Positions 38,571 to 51,824 of a stretch of DNA of 64,000 nucleotides are shown piece by piece. A model generated the notes under the pieces. It was given only the letters and a program-made list of their open reading frames with translations. It was not told where the DNA came from and searched no databases. How positions within the stretch are numbered: position 1 is the stretch's first letter; each line of letters opens with the position of its first letter. A program made the position numbers and the translations under genes. This DNA is from an uncultured Chloroflexia bacterium (GTDB taxonomy: Bacteria; Chloroflexota; Limnocylindria; Limnocylindrales; CSP1-4), in assembly GCA_963755285.1 (NCBI GenBank), contig CAVWJB010000005.1, positions 2,987 through 66,986 of the forward strand, given 5' to 3'.

Positions 38571-38621
38571 CACGGAGCGGCCGTTCAGTTGGCCGGAGTA
38601 TACACCCGGGCAGGTGGACCC

Positions 38622-39869
<1,248 letters not shown>

Positions 39870-39873
<4 letters not shown>

Positions 39874-40949
39874 TGCCCCCGGCCCGGGGCCGTGATGTCG
39901 AAGTACGAGATCCAGACGAGGAAGCCCATCAGGAAGGCGAAGCCGACGAGGTAGGTCAGGCGCTCGGCGCGGACGCTGATCCGCTCGCCGGCCACGGCCT
40001 TGAGCAGGAGCACGGCAATCCGGCCGCCGTCGAGCGGCGGGAACGGCAGGATGTTCACGAGGGCGAGGTTGGCCGACAGGACCCCGGCCAGGAACAGGGT
40101 GTAGACCGGGCCGAGCTGCCAGAAGACGTCGCCGACCTGGCTGGCGATGCCGATCGGCCCGGCCACCGGCGGCGGCTGGGTCGGATGGTTGACCGCGGAG
40201 TCGACGAGCTGTCCGAGGCCCTTCCAGATCAACGTCAGGGCCTCTCCGGTCTGGGCGACGGCCATCCGGGCCGCCTCCAGCGGCGGGTTCTGAACGTACT
40301 CCACCTGGCCCCCGAACGAGATCCCGAGGGCGCCGCTCGTGACGGTGATGTCCTCGGGCTTGCGGAGCGTGGGGTGGAGCGTCTCGCTCGTCCCGTCGGC
40401 CCGGATGACCGCGAGCGCGACCGTCTGGCCGGCCTTGTCGCGCAGGGCGAGGCCCGGGTTGCCGAACCCGTCGAAGCGCTGGCCGTCGAGCGTGACGACG
40501 TGATCGCCGGCGACGAGCCCTGCGGCCGCCGCCGGGCTGTCCGGCTGGACGGTGTTGATGGTCAGCGTCCAGGTCGGATAGGCGAACGCGAAGATCGCGA
40601 AGAAGATCACGAAGGCCAGGGCCAGGTTCATCACGACGCCGGCCACGAGGATCACGAGCTTGGTCGGCAGTGGAGCTCGAATGAACGAGCGCGGGTCGTC
40701 CGAGTCGCCGTCCTCGCCCTCGAGCCGGACGAACCCGCCGATCGGGAGCCAGTTGAGCGTGTAGAGCGTCTCGCCCTCCGAGCGGAGGACCTTTGCCCGC
40801 GGCGGGAAGCCCAACCCGAACTCGAGGACGCGGACCTTCGCGAGGCGGGCGGTCACGAAGTGGCCGAGCTCGTGGATCACGACGAGGATCCCGAGCATCG
40901 CGAAGAAGATGACGACCGTGATCGCCGACTGGAGCGCGGACAGGGCCAT
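39870..40949 (-). CDS. rseP: RseP-like M50 metalloprotease
   Basis: HELGH, PDZ domain, [11 protein letters not shown]. Confidence 0.93.
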
Positions 40950-42175
40950 CAGGCGACCGCTCCGCTGACGAACGCGGCCCGGACCTCGGCGTCGAGCGCG
41001 ATGAGCTCGTCGACGGCGGGTTGCTGGTCGGGCCCGGTCCCGAACCGGGCGACGGCGCTCTCGAGGGTCCGGGCGATCCCCGGGAAGTCGAGGCTGCCGT
41101 CGAGGAACCGGCCGACGGCGACCTCGTCGGCGGCGATCAGGGCGGTCGTCGCCCGCGACCCGATATGGCCCGCCTCGCGGGCGATCCGGAGGGCCGGGAA
41201 GCGCGCCACGTCGGGCGCACGGAAGTCGAGGCGGGCAGCGGCGATGAGATCCGGCGCGGCGGCCGGTGACGGGTATCGAGTTGGGTAGGTCACGGCGTAC
41301 TGGATTGGGAGGCGCATGTCCGGCGTACCGAGCTGCGCCTTGACAGAGCCGTCCACGAACTGGACGGCGGAATGGACGATGCTCTGCGGGTGGATGACGA
41401 CGTCGATCGCGTCGTAGTCGACATCGTACAGCCAGTGTGCCTCGACGACCTCCAGGCCCTTGTTCGCGAGCGTCGCCGAGTCGATCGTGATCTTGGCGCC
41501 CATCGTCCAGGTCGGGTGGCGCAGGGCCTGCCCTGGGGTGACCGTCCGGAGCTCGGCCGGGGTCGCCTCGAGGAACGGACCGCCCGACGCGGTCAGGATC
41601 AGCCGGGAGATGGCGGCCATCGATTCGCCGGCCAGGCTCTGCCAGATGGCCGAGTGCTCGGAGTCGATCGGGCGCAGCCAGGCGAGCGGGTTGGCCAGGG
41701 GATCGTCCGGGCGGCTCGCTGCGACCGCCGCGGCGCGCTGGCGCGCGAGCGGCATCACGAGGTGACCGCCGGCGACGAGCGTCTCCTTGTTGGCCGTCGC
41801 CACGATCTTGCCGGCGGCGAGCGCGGCGAGGACGGGGCGGAGGCTGACGATGCCGCCGGTTCCGACGACGACGAGGTCGACGTCGTCGCGGGTGGCGAGG
41901 ACCCCGAGGGCGTCCGGCCCGGTCTCGACCGTCGTCCCGCCGGGCAGGTCGAGCCGGGCGGCGGCGGCCGGATCGCCGGGGAGCGCGACGACGTCCGGCC
42001 AGAGCCGGCGGGCCTGGGTCTCGAGCAGCTCGGCCTGGTGGCCGGTGGCCAGGGCGACCACCCGGACCGCGGGCCCGAGACCCAGCAGGACGTCGACGGC
42101 CTGGCGACCGATCGACCCGCCGGAGCCGAGCAGGGCGATCCGGATCGGCTCGTCGCGATGGATCGGCGAGGTCAC
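40949..42175 (-). CDS. dxr: DXP reductoisomerase
   Basis: [31 protein letters not shown]. Confidence 0.96.
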   Translation of the reverse strand: MTSPIHRDEPIRIALLGSGGSIGRQAVDVLLGLGPAVRVVALATGHQAELLETQARRLWPDVVALPGDPAAAARLDLPGGTTVETGPDALGVLATRDDVDLVVVGTGGIVSLRPVLAALAAGKIVATANKETLVAGGHLVMPLARQRAAAVAASRPDDPLANPLAWLRPIDSEHSAIWQSLAGESMAAISRLILTASGGPFLEATPAELRTVTPGQALRHPTWTMGAKITIDSATLANKGLEVVEAHWLYDVDYDAIDVVIHPQSIVHSAVQFVDGSVKAQLGTPDMRLPIQYAVTYPTRYPSPAAAPDLIAAARLDFRAPDVARFPALRIAREAGHIGSRATTALIAADEVAVGRFLDGSLDFPGIARTLESAVARFGTGPDQQPAVDELIALDAEVRAAFVSGAVA

Positions 42176-43026
42176 GCGAGGAACGCCAGGACGTAGAGGG
42201 TCATGACCGGGGCGGCGAACAGGAAGGAATCGATCCGATCGAGGACGCCGCCGTGGCCGGGGATCAGGTGGCTCGAGTCCTTCGCCCCGGCCGCTCGCTT
42301 GAGCATCGACTCGGCGAGGTCGCCCGCCTGCGCGGCCAGCCCCACGATCGGCCCGACGAGGAGCGCCTGCCAGGCCGGCCCACCGACCGCCCACAGGCCG
42401 ATCGCGAGGACGATCGTCGTCGCGGCGAGGCCGCCGAACAGCCCGGCATAGGTCTTCGACGGCGACAGGTGGGTCAGGAACTTCGTCAGCCCGGTCGCCT
42501 GGCCGAAGCGGACGCCGAACGTCTTGCCGATCAGGTAGGCACCGGTGTCGTAGGCCCACACGGACAGGACGAGGATCAGCACCCAGGCGCGCTGGCCGTC
42601 GAGGACCGACGCGAGCGGAGCGCCGGCCGGCAGGTCCGGGGCGGCGTTACCGAGCCGGACGACCGATCCGAGCATCCCGACGTAGATCCCGCCGAAGACG
42701 GTTCCGATCCAGGCCGCCAGGCCCTCGCGCGGGTCAAGCCGGGCGAACGCGCCGACGGCCGCCAGGATGACCGCCGAGGCCACGAGGAGCGCAGCCGAGC
42801 CGGCCAGGTCGGCCGGGATGGCCGCATCGACGACGATCGCCAGGGTGATCACCACCCCGAGCCCGACGAGCACCGGATAGCCGGCCAGGCGGATCAGCCG
42901 GAGCGCCTCGACCGAGCCGAACCCGGCCGCGACGAGAACGAGCGCAGCGATCCACGGGCCGCCCAGAAACAGGACGATGACGAGCGGCGGGACGAAGAGC
43001 GCGGCGCTGAGGGCGCGTTCCCGCAT
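42172..43026 (-). CDS. cdsA: Phosphatidate cytidylyltransferase
   Basis: SPSKT, KDSSHLIPGHGGVLDRIDS. Confidence 0.95.
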   Translation of the reverse strand: MRERALSAALFVPPLVIVLFLGGPWIAALVLVAAGFGSVEALRLIRLAGYPVLVGLGVVITLAIVVDAAIPADLAGSAALLVASAVILAAVGAFARLDPREGLAAWIGTVFGGIYVGMLGSVVRLGNAAPDLPAGAPLASVLDGQRAWVLILVLSVWAYDTGAYLIGKTFGVRFGQATGLTKFLTHLSPSKTYAGLFGGLAATTIVLAIGLWAVGGPAWQALLVGPIVGLAAQAGDLAESMLKRAAGAKDSSHLIPGHGGVLDRIDSFLFAAPVMTLYVLAFLA

Positions 43027-43038
43027 CGCTTCCCTGCC

Positions 43039-43842
43039 CTACCGGCCGAAACGACGGGTCCGGCTGGCGAACTCGAGCAGGGCCGCGTCCAACGCCTCGG
43101 CGTCGAAGTCCGGCCAGAGCAGCGGACTGACGTAGAGCTCGGCGTAGGCCGACTGCCAGATCAGAAAGTTGCTCAGGCGCTGCTCGCCACCGGTCCGGAT
43201 GACGAGGTCGGGATCGGGCAGCCCGGCCGTGTAGAGGGCGCCCGATACGGTCGCCTCGTCGATCTCGTCGGGCCGGATGCCGCGGGCGACCAGCGTCCGG
43301 AACGCGTCGACGAGCTCGGTCCGGCCGGCGTAGTTGAAGGCCACGTTGAGCACGAGCCGGTCGCCGCCGGCGGTGGCCTCGAGGGCCGACTCGAGCGATC
43401 GCCGGGTTTCGGCCGGAAGCTCGTCCCGGCGCCCGAGCAGGCGGACCTGGACACCCTCGCGGCGGAGCTCGTCGGTCTCGCTCCGGATCGCGCCCTCGAG
43501 CAGGCCGAACAGGCCGGTCACCTCGTCGTCGGGTCGCGCCCAGTTCTCGCGGCTGAAGGCGTACAGGGTGAGCACCGGGATCCCGCGCCGGACCGCGTGC
43601 CGGAGGAGGCCGCGGATCGCCTCGACGCCGGCCGCGTGGCCCTCGAGCTCGGTCAGCCCCCGGGCCCGTGCCCAGCGCCGGTTGCCGTCCATGATGATCG
43701 CGACGTGGCGCGGCGATTCCTCGAGCGGGACGATCGGCTCGGCCGCAGCCCGGCCACGTCCCTCGGGGGTGGACGCACTGCCGTCCAGGGCGTGGGCGAT
43801 CGGCGGGGCGTCGGTCGGGCGGGCCAGCGGCGGGCGGGCCAC
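43039..43842 (-). CDS. uppS: Undecaprenyl diphosphate synthase
   Basis: IMDGNRRWA, FSRENW, RTGGEQRLSNF; start uncertain. Confidence 0.94.
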   Translation of the reverse strand: MARPPLARPTDAPPIAHALDGSASTPEGRGRAAAEPIVPLEESPRHVAIIMDGNRRWARARGLTELEGHAAGVEAIRGLLRHAVRRGIPVLTLYAFSRENWARPDDEVTGLFGLLEGAIRSETDELRREGVQVRLLGRRDELPAETRRSLESALEATAGGDRLVLNVAFNYAGRTELVDAFRTLVARGIRPDEIDEATVSGALYTAGLPDPDLVIRTGGEQRLSNFLIWQSAYAELYVSPLLWPDFDAEALDAALLEFASRTRRFGR

Positions 43843-44399
43843 TAGACCTCCATCACCTCGTGCTCCTTCTGGCTGCCGGCCTGGTCGACCTCGGCAATGA
43901 ACCGGTCGGTGACCTTCTGGAGGCTGTCGAGCTCGCGGTGGGCGGCGTCGCTGCCGAGATCCCCATCGCGCTCCTCCTTGCGCAGCGCGTCGTTCGACTC
44001 GCGGCGGATGTTCCGGATCTCGACCCGGGCCTCCTCCATCCGGCGGTGGACCGATTTGACGATCTCGCGCCGGCGCTCCTCGGTGAGCGGCGGGATGTTG
44101 AGCCGGACGACGGCGCCGTCGACGTTCGGGACGAGCCCGATGTCGCTCTTCTGGATCGCCTTCTCGATCGCCCCGAGGACGCCCCGGTCCCACGGCTGGA
44201 TGACGATCTGGTGGGCCTCCGGGACGCTGATCCCGGCCAGCTGGTTCAACGGCGTCGGCGTGCCGTAGTACTCGACCACGAGCCGCTCGACCAGGGAGGT
44301 CGAGGCGCGGCCGGTCCGCAGCCCCTGGAAGTCGCGCTCCATCGCCTCGACGGCACGGGCCATCTTCCGTTCGGCTGCGGCCAGGGTCTCGCTGCTCAT
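43842..44399 (-). CDS. frr: Ribosome recycling factor
   Basis: [19 protein letters not shown]. Confidence 0.96.
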   Translation of the reverse strand: MSSETLAAAERKMARAVEAMERDFQGLRTGRASTSLVERLVVEYYGTPTPLNQLAGISVPEAHQIVIQPWDRGVLGAIEKAIQKSDIGLVPNVDGAVVRLNIPPLTEERRREIVKSVHRRMEEARVEIRNIRRESNDALRKEERDGDLGSDAAHRELDSLQKVTDRFIAEVDQAGSQKEHEVMEV

Positions 44400-45156
44400 T
44401 GGCGGCTGCCTCCCGAGATCAGGGTACCGACCGGCTCGCCCCTGGCAACCCGGACGATGTTGTCCGGCTCGTTCAGGTCGAAGACGACGATCGGCAGGTC
44501 GTTCTCCATGCACAACGAGACCGCCGCCGCGTCCATGACCTTGAGCTGGTCACGGAGCAGATCGGCGTAGCCCAGCCGGGCATAGCGTTGCGCCTGTGGG
44601 TTCGTCATCGGGTCGCTGTCGTAGACGCCGTCGACCTTGGTTGCCTTGAGCAGGACCTCGGCCCCGATCTCGACCGCCCGGAGGGCGGCCGCCGAGTCCG
44701 TCGTGAAGTAGGGGTTGCCGGTCCCGGCCACGAAGATGATGACCCGGCCCTTCTCGAGGTGACGGACGGCCCGCCGCCGGATGTACGGCTCGGCGACCTC
44801 GTGCATCGCGATCGCGGTCATCACCCGGGTGGGCACCCCGACCTTCTCGAGCGCGTCCTGCAGGGCAAGCCCGTTCATCACCGTGGCCAGCATGCCGATG
44901 TAGTCGCCGGTCGCCCGGTCCATTCCCCGTGCGGACGCGGCGAGGCCCCGGAAGATGTTGCCGCCGCCGACGACGATCCCGATCTCGACGCCGAGCGCCT
45001 TGACCCGGGCGAGCTGCTCGGCGATCGTCCGGCAGAACTCCGGATCGACCCCGTACTGGCGCGTTCCGAGGAGCGCCTCGCCGGACAGCTTGAGCAGGAT
45101 CCGCCGGTAGCGGACGACCTCGCCGATCGCGGGCGGCTCGACGAGCCCGGGCTCGC

Positions 45157-45160
<4 letters not shown>
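44396..45160 (-). CDS. pyrH: UMP kinase
   Basis: [25 protein letters not shown]. Confidence 0.97.
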
Positions 45161-45756
<596 letters not shown>

Positions 45757-45847
45757 GTGTGTCCTGTGCTCCTGTTCCGTGTCGGCGAGTGCTTCCGACT
45801 CCGAGCGGGCCGAGCCGCTCGCGAGCGATCCGAATGGTCGACGGGGG

Positions 45848-46825
45848 CTAGACGGCGATCGGGGTCCCGGTCTCGCCGTCGTCCTCTTCGCGCTCGCTCG
45901 CCTCGCGGGCGAGCTCGGCGGCGATCTCGTCGGGGGACGCTTCGGCCGGAGCCGGCTCGACGATCGGGGCGGCGGTCCGAGCGCCGGGCAACAGGTCGTC
46001 CTCGTCGACGTCGGGCTCGAAGGTCAGGGCGGCACCACCGGCCAGGGCCGCCACGAGCGCGTCGGACGGCTCGCCCTCCTCGATCTCCGGCTCGACCGCG
46101 ACGACCGTCTCGGGCTCGGGTTCGATCGCCGCCCGGGCGGCCCGCTCGCGCCCGCCCTCGATCGCCGCCTCGGCGACGAGCGAGCAGAGCAGCCGGATGG
46201 CCCGGATCGCGTCGTCGTTGCCGGGGATGACATAGGTCAGCTCGTCCGGGTCGACGTTCGTGTCTCCGGTCCCGACGAGCGGGATCTCGAGCTTGTTGGC
46301 CTCGGTCACGGCGATCCGCTCGCGATGCGGGTCGACCACGAAGATGAGCCCGGGCAGCCGCTTCATCTTGCGGATGCCGCCGAGCGTCCCGGTCAGCTTG
46401 GTCAGCTCCTCCTGGAGCTTGGCCGCTTCCTTCTTCGACATCCGTTCGAAGTCGCCGTTGGCCTGGCGGGCCTCGAGCTGCTCCATGAGCGCGATCCGCT
46501 TCTTGATCGTGACGAAGTTGGTGAGCATGCCGCCGAGCCAGCGCTTGTTGACGTAGGGCTGGCCCGCCCTCGTCGCCTCCTGGGCGACCGGCTCCTGGGC
46601 CTGCTTCTTCGTCCCGACGAACAGGACCTGCTCGCCGCGGGCGACGGTTTCGTTGACGGCGGCGAGCGCGCTGTCGAGGCCCTTCACGGTCTGGGCCAGG
46701 TCGATGATGTGGATCCCGTTGCGCTCCGCGAAGATGTACGGCTTCATCTTCGGGTTCCAGCGGCGGGTCTGGTGGCCGAAGTGGACACCGGCCTCGAGCA
46801 GCTGGCGCATGGAGACGGTCGGCAC
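45848..46825 (-). CDS. rpsB: 30S ribosomal protein S2
   Basis: [30 protein letters not shown]. Confidence 0.97.
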   Translation of the reverse strand: MPTVSMRQLLEAGVHFGHQTRRWNPKMKPYIFAERNGIHIIDLAQTVKGLDSALAAVNETVARGEQVLFVGTKKQAQEPVAQEATRAGQPYVNKRWLGGMLTNFVTIKKRIALMEQLEARQANGDFERMSKKEAAKLQEELTKLTGTLGGIRKMKRLPGLIFVVDPHRERIAVTEANKLEIPLVGTGDTNVDPDELTYVIPGNDDAIRAIRLLCSLVAEAAIEGGRERAARAAIEPEPETVVAVEPEIEEGEPSDALVAALAGGAALTFEPDVDEDDLLPGARTAAPIVEPAPAEASPDEIAAELAREASEREEDDGETGTPIAV

Positions 46826-46975
46826 GGGGATGGACCTCCTGTTCGGTTGTTGTCCTCCGCAGACCTCGTCGCCGGGAACCGGACCCGCTGGACCCGGCAC
46901 CGCCCCGGTCGGAACGGTCGTGCGTGTGTGCTCCGCCGCGACGGCGGGCGTTGAATTCGGCCCAGCCTGGCGGGC
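46826..46975 (-). promoter_or_regulatory. rpsB 5' leader (t44/rpsB-like cis-regulatory RNA)
   Basis: ACACACGCA...GGUG...UGCGGAGG landmarks; extended -10 TGCTACACT at 46984-46992. Confidence 0.65.
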
Positions 46976-47007
46976 CGGGCGGGAGTGTAGCACAGGGTCG
47001 CCCGGGG

Positions 47008-47428
47008 TCAGCCGCCGAGCGCGTCCCGATGATGACGGAGCCTGGCGGCGCGACCCGGAGCCACCGGGGGCTCGACCACGACGAGATCGATCCGGACCGG
47101 CGCGCCGGGCAGCGGACTCCCGTCGGGCAGGGCGCCCGCCGCGAGCAGGCGTCCGAGCGCATCCCGGAGGTTGGCCCGCTTCCGCCGGTCGAACGTCTCC
47201 TCGACGAGCCCGAAGTCGCGCCGCGAGCGCCAGCGGACCTCGACCAGGACGACCGCCCGGGGTGGACCCGGGTCGAGCGCGACGAGGTCGACCTCCTTGC
47301 GCCCGAGCCGAACGTTGCGGGCCAGGATGGACCAGCCGCGGGCCGTCGAGGCGGTCGGCGACGAGGTCCTCGGCGGCATCCCCGGCGCGTTGTACCGGCG
47401 TGCGACCCGCTCTCGTTCCGCGCTCCAT
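47008..47428 (-). CDS. yraN: YraN family (UPF0102) protein (apparent +1 frameshift near 47345)
   Basis: GDAAEDLV, then [17 protein letters not shown]. Confidence 0.85.
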
Positions 47429-47757
47429 CCGGCGAGTCTGACGGCGCCCGCTTATCCGGCCGTTTGTCGCGATCGCACGCCAAACCCGCACGCCGGGTGC
47501 ATCCGCGCATCGGCCCTTCGTTCATCGGCGCCGGTACCGTCGGGGGGGCACGCTCCGGCCGACCGGTGGCATACTCGTCCTGGCGCCCAGGCGCTGACGC
47601 GGACAACCAAACATGCCACCGCCCAACGGCAGGCCCGGATCGCGCTCACCGCTTCCGGTTCGCGTCTGACCCTCTCCGATGTCCCTGCTCAGGGCGGACC
47701 AGTCCCACCGTCGCCGTGCCCCAATGCACGACGTTCCGGCAGTGAGGAGGCAAGACA

Positions 47758-48567
47758 TTGCGAGTGGTGAACAACGGCGCCCAGCGGGCGTCTCGTCGAC
47801 AACGATCCGGGCGAATGCTCGCGCTGTTCGCATCGATCATGGCCTTATTCATTCTCATTTCCATCCCCGGAACAGCCAGCGCAGCCTCGATCAAGGTGGT
47901 CATCGTCGTCGGTCCGGTCGAATCGATGACGGCCAAGTACCGCGCGGACGCCAACCAGCTCGCGGCCACCGCCCAGAGCCACGGCGCGACCGTCGTGAAG
48001 ATCTACAGCCCGAATGCGACCTGGTTCAAGGTCAAGAAGGCCGCCCAGGGCGCCAACGTGTTCATCTACCTGGGTCACGGCAACGGCTCGCCGAGCCCCT
48101 ATCCGTACAGTCCTGCGACCAAGAACGGCGTCGGCCTCAACCGGCTCGCCGCCCACGGCAACTCGAACGTCAAGTACTACGGCTCGTCGTACATCAAGCT
48201 GATCCACCTTGCGCCGAACGCGGTGGTGATCCTGAACCACCTGTGCTACTCGGCCGGGAACTCCGAGCCGGGCCGGGCGAAGCCGTCGCCGAGCGTCGCC
48301 CGCCAGCGGATCGACAACTACGCGTCGAGCTTCCTCAAGACGGGCGCCCGGGCGGTCTTCGCCGAGCCCAAGGGCGATGCCCGGTACATCCTGACCGGGC
48401 TGTTCACCACGACGAAGTCGATGCGCGAGATCTTCCAGAGCCACGGCGCCGGCACCGTGGCGTTCAACTCGAGCAAGACCAAGGGGGCGACGATCATCGC
48501 GCGGCCGACGATCCGGTCGGTCGGCGGCTTCCTCGACGTCACGGCGGCCGACTTCCTGGGCGGCTGA
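47758..48567 (+). CDS. Secreted protein, possible clan CD (gingipain/caspase-like) fold
   Basis: GAGGAGG SD with TTG start, signal peptide, YLGHG and LCYSAG. Confidence 0.65.
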   Translation: MRVVNNGAQRASRRQRSGRMLALFASIMALFILISIPGTASAASIKVVIVVGPVESMTAKYRADANQLAATAQSHGATVVKIYSPNATWFKVKKAAQGANVFIYLGHGNGSPSPYPYSPATKNGVGLNRLAAHGNSNVKYYGSSYIKLIHLAPNAVVILNHLCYSAGNSEPGRAKPSPSVARQRIDNYASSFLKTGARAVFAEPKGDARYILTGLFTTTKSMREIFQSHGAGTVAFNSSKTKGATIIARPTIRSVGGFLDVTAADFLGG

Positions 48568-48598
48568 CCGGGCCGTCGCCAGGGCCGAGCGGCGGGGC

Positions 48599-49255
48599 TC
48601 AGACCAGTTCGAGCTCCGCCTGCTCGCCGCCGAACAGGATCCGCTGGGTGGTGATGAAGCTCCGCCGGTGGAACGCCGTCAGGCCGAGCTCGCTCATCGC
48701 GGCCCGGTGCTCGGCGGTGGCGTAGCCGGCGTTGTGCTCCCAGCCGTAGCCGGGGTGACGCGCCGCGAGACGGGTCATCAACCGGTCGCGCACGACCTTG
48801 GCCACGACCGAGGCGCAGGCGATCGAGTAGCAGCGGGCGTCCCCGTCGACGATCGCGGTGTACGGCCCGACCTCGTCCTCGAAGCCGCTGATCCGCAGCC
48901 CGTCGACGAGCACGTGGTCCCGGTCACCGACCCGGGCGATCGCCCGGCGCATCGCCAGGTGGGTCGCGTGGTAGATGTTCAGCCGGTCGATCTCGGCGAC
49001 CGATGCCGCACCGACCCCGATCGCCAGCGCGCGCCGGTGGATGATCGCGGCCAGCCGCTCGCGCTGAGCTGACGACAGGGTCTTGGAGTCGCGCACCCCC
49101 GGGATCCGCTTGCAGTCGGGCCGCATGATCACCGCCGCCGCCACGACCGGGCCACTGGCCGGTGCCACCCCGACCTCGTCGACGCCGGCGATGCGGGACC
49201 GTCCCTCGCGCCAGTGGCTGCGCTCGAAGCGGAGGGTCGGGACGATCGGCGCCAT
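48599..49255 (-). CDS. rnhB: Ribonuclease HII
   Basis: AGVDEVG, DSK, DG, SIACASVVAKV, HRRSF. Confidence 0.95.
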   Translation of the reverse strand: MAPIVPTLRFERSHWREGRSRIAGVDEVGVAPASGPVVAAAVIMRPDCKRIPGVRDSKTLSSAQRERLAAIIHRRALAIGVGAASVAEIDRLNIYHATHLAMRRAIARVGDRDHVLVDGLRISGFEDEVGPYTAIVDGDARCYSIACASVVAKVVRDRLMTRLAARHPGYGWEHNAGYATAEHRAAMSELGLTAFHRRSFITTQRILFGGEQAELELV

Positions 49256-49337
49256 CGGCCCCAAGGGTAGCCCACTCGCCGCCGGGCGGTCGGCCGGGGC
49301 GCCACCGCTCACGAGCGCAGGTCGCGCGGCGACCAGG

Positions 49338-49724
49338 TCACCTCGAGCCGGGCGACCAGCTCGTCCCGAGCGAGCGACAGCCCGGGCGGCGTTCGCGCAG
49401 CGTCGCGGCCTTGCCGACCCGCTTGCGCAGGAAGTACAGCTGGGCGCGCCGGGCGACGCCGTGTCGGACGACCTCGATCTTCTCGATCCGCGGGCTGTTG
49501 ATCTTGAAGGTCCGCTCGACGCCGACGCCGCTGGCGATCCGGCGGACGGTGATCGTGCGGGTGATCCCACCGCCGCGCAGGCGCATGACCGTGCCCTCGA
49601 AGACCTGGATCCGCTCGCGATTGCCCTCGACGACCTTGGCCGAGACCTTGACCGTGTCGCCCGAGGCCAGCTCGGGCAGGTCGGTGCGGATCTGGTCCTT
49701 GACGATCTCGTCGAGCACGTTCAC
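49338..49724 (-). CDS. rplS: 50S ribosomal protein L19
   Basis: [25 protein letters not shown]; 3' end uncertain. Confidence 0.95.
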   Translation of the reverse strand: MNVLDEIVKDQIRTDLPELASGDTVKVSAKVVEGNRERIQVFEGTVMRLRGGGITRTITVRRIASGVGVERTFKINSPRIEKIEVVRHGVARRAQLYFLRKRVGKAATLRERRPGCRSLGTSWSPGSR

Positions 49725-49778
49725 GGCGGTTCCTGCTTCTCGTCGGGCAGCATGGGCTGCGGGATTGGCGTTCGGGAA

Positions 49779-49814
49779 TCGGTCGTAGCGGACGACCGAC
49801 GGCGGAGTATAGCA
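49779..49814 (-). promoter_or_regulatory. rplS promoter and leader hairpin
   Basis: TGCTATACT at 49806-49814; TCGGTCGT/ACGACCGA stem at 49779-49799. Confidence 0.6.
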
Positions 49815-49834
49815 CGGGACCCCGGCTCCGCCGG

Positions 49835-50578
49835 TCAGGCGTCGCCGGGGTCGTCGGTCTCCGCCCTCACCTCGTCGAGCAGGGTCCGCTCGAAGGGCGT
49901 CCAGTCGCGCTCGGCGAGCAGGTCCGGCCGCCGCTCGAGGGTCCGCCGGATGGCCTCGCGGTGACGCCAGCGACGGACCGCGCCGTGATCGCCGCTGCTC
50001 AGCACGGGCGGCACGCCGACCCCGTCGAACTCGGCCGGACGGGTGTACTGGGGGTATTCGAGGAGGCCGTCGGCGAACGACTCCTCGATGGTCGACTCCG
50101 CGTCGATCGCGCCCGGCAGGAGGCGCAGGACGGCATCGACGACGACGAGCGCGGGGAGCTCGCCGCCGCTGAGCACGTAATCGCCGATCGACAGCTCGAG
50201 GTCGACCATCGCCCGGATCCGCTCGTCGACGCCTTCGTAGCGAGGACAGACGAGGATCAGGTGCTCGCGGCCGGCGAGGGCCTGGGCACGTGCCTGGCGG
50301 AACGGCTCGCCGGCCGGGTCGAGGAGGATGACGGTCGAGCCTGGGCGCCGGAGCTCGGCCAGCGCCGCGGCGACCGGCTCGGGCCGGATGATCATCCCGG
50401 CGCCACCGCCGTACGGCTGATCATCGACCGAGCGATGCCGGCCGAGGCCCCACCTGCGCAGGTCGTGGACCCGGATCTCGGCCAGGCCGCGCTCCTGGAT
50501 CCTGGCCGGGATGCTCTCGGCGAGCGGTCCCTCGAGCATCGCCGGGAAGAGGGTCAGGATGTCGACCGCGAGGACCAT
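49835..50578 (-). CDS. trmD: tRNA (guanine-N1)-methyltransferase
   Basis: [30 protein letters not shown]. Confidence 0.97.
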   Translation of the reverse strand: MVLAVDILTLFPAMLEGPLAESIPARIQERGLAEIRVHDLRRWGLGRHRSVDDQPYGGGAGMIIRPEPVAAALAELRRPGSTVILLDPAGEPFRQARAQALAGREHLILVCPRYEGVDERIRAMVDLELSIGDYVLSGGELPALVVVDAVLRLLPGAIDAESTIEESFADGLLEYPQYTRPAEFDGVGVPPVLSSGDHGAVRRWRHREAIRRTLERRPDLLAERDWTPFERTLLDEVRAETDDPGDA

Positions 50579-50590
50579 TCGGATCGGGCC

Positions 50591-51259
50591 TCAGGCGTCG
50601 GATGCGGGCTGGGCGGGGCGAGCGGGCTCCGTGGCGGGCTCGGCGGGCTCCGTGGCGGGATCGCCGTCCGGCCCGGGCACGACGTTCGGCGAAGAGACTC
50701 GTCTGGCGCCCTTCCGCGGACGGGGCGGTCGCGCCGGTCGCGGTGGCTTCGGCGGCGCCAGCTCGAGGGCCTCGGCGTCGACCACGATCTCGCCACGCCG
50801 GGGCGCGAAGATCCGGACGAAGTCGCGCACGGCCGGGAGATCGAACTCGCCGCGCGGACCGCCGCGGACGACGTAGACGTCGGTCTCGCCGACGCGGTAG
50901 ATGTCGGAGACCGCGCCGAGCTCCTCACCGTCCAGGCCGCGGACGGACGCACCGACGACCTCGTGCCAGTAGGCGGCGCCGCGGCCCGGCCCGTCCTCGG
51001 GCGGGACGTCGGCCTCGAGGTAGGCGCCGCGGAGCGCATCCGCGGCCGTCCGGTCGGGAACCTCGCGGAACCTGACCCGCCAGCCCGGCCCGTCGGGGAT
51101 CGCGCGCGCCTCGGCCACGGTCAACGGAGCGTCACCGCCCTCGCGGTAGACCTGTCGCCCGGTGGCGAAGCGCGCCTCGGGACGGTCGGTCAGGATCTCG
51201 ACCCGGACCGCGCCGTTCAGGCCGTGGACGCCCCGGACGAGGCCGACCACGAGGCGCAT
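50591..51259 (-). CDS. rimM: 16S rRNA processing protein RimM
   Basis: HGLNGAVRV, DRTAADALRG, YWHEVVG. Confidence 0.92.
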   Translation of the reverse strand: MRLVVGLVRGVHGLNGAVRVEILTDRPEARFATGRQVYREGGDAPLTVAEARAIPDGPGWRVRFREVPDRTAADALRGAYLEADVPPEDGPGRGAAYWHEVVGASVRGLDGEELGAVSDIYRVGETDVYVVRGGPRGEFDLPAVRDFVRIFAPRRGEIVVDAEALELAPPKPPRPARPPRPRKGARRVSSPNVVPGPDGDPATEPAEPATEPARPAQPASDA

Positions 51260-51267
51260 CCCGACGG

Positions 51268-51501
51268 TCAGACGATCTCGAGCGAGACCGGCTCGCCGTC
51301 GCGGGCGGCGGTCACCTTGAGCAGGGTCCGAAGCGCCTTCGCGACGCTGCCGTTCCGGCCGATGACCTTGCCCATGTCGTCCTCGGCGACATGGAGCTCG
51401 AGGACGACCCCGTCCCGGTCGCGCGTCTCCTCGACGCGAACCGCTTCCGGATCGTCGACGAGCGACTTGGCGACGTACTCGACGAGTTCCTTCGCAGCCA
51501 T
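51268..51501 (-). CDS. khpA: KH-domain RNA-binding protein
   Basis: DMGKVIGRNG. Confidence 0.93.
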   Translation of the reverse strand: MAAKELVEYVAKSLVDDPEAVRVEETRDRDGVVLELHVAEDDMGKVIGRNGSVAKALRTLLKVTAARDGEPVSLEIV

Positions 51502-51511
51502 CTCGCGACTC

Positions 51512-51766
51512 CTACTTGGCCGCGGGCAGGATGCCCGCCGTGCGGAACAGCCGGGCGACCGTGTCCGAGGGCTGGGCGCCCTGGGCAAGCCACTTCTTGG
51601 CCTTGTCGGCGTCGATCTTCAGCTCGATCGGGTCGGTTCGGGGGTTGTAGTGGCCGATCGTCTCGATCGACCGGCCGTCGCGGGCGTTGCGGGCGTCGGC
51701 CACGACGACCCGGTAGGTCGGCTGCTTCGTCGCCCCGACCCGGGTCAGGCGGATTCGGACTGCCAT
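51512..51766 (-). CDS. rpsP: 30S ribosomal protein S16
   Basis: [22 protein letters not shown]. Confidence 0.97.
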   Translation of the reverse strand: MAVRIRLTRVGATKQPTYRVVVADARNARDGRSIETIGHYNPRTDPIELKIDADKAKKWLAQGAQPSDTVARLFRTAGILPAAK

Positions 51767-51824
51767 CTGGGGGTGTGCCTCCTCTGGTTGGTGCGCCGCC
51801 GCCCGGTGCCCGGGCCCGGTCGGC

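Noticed and set aside
49255-49400. rplS-rnhB fusion or extended rnhB N-terminus
   Set aside because: The upstream open frame is low-complexity; rnhB has a plausible -10 element and ATG at 49255
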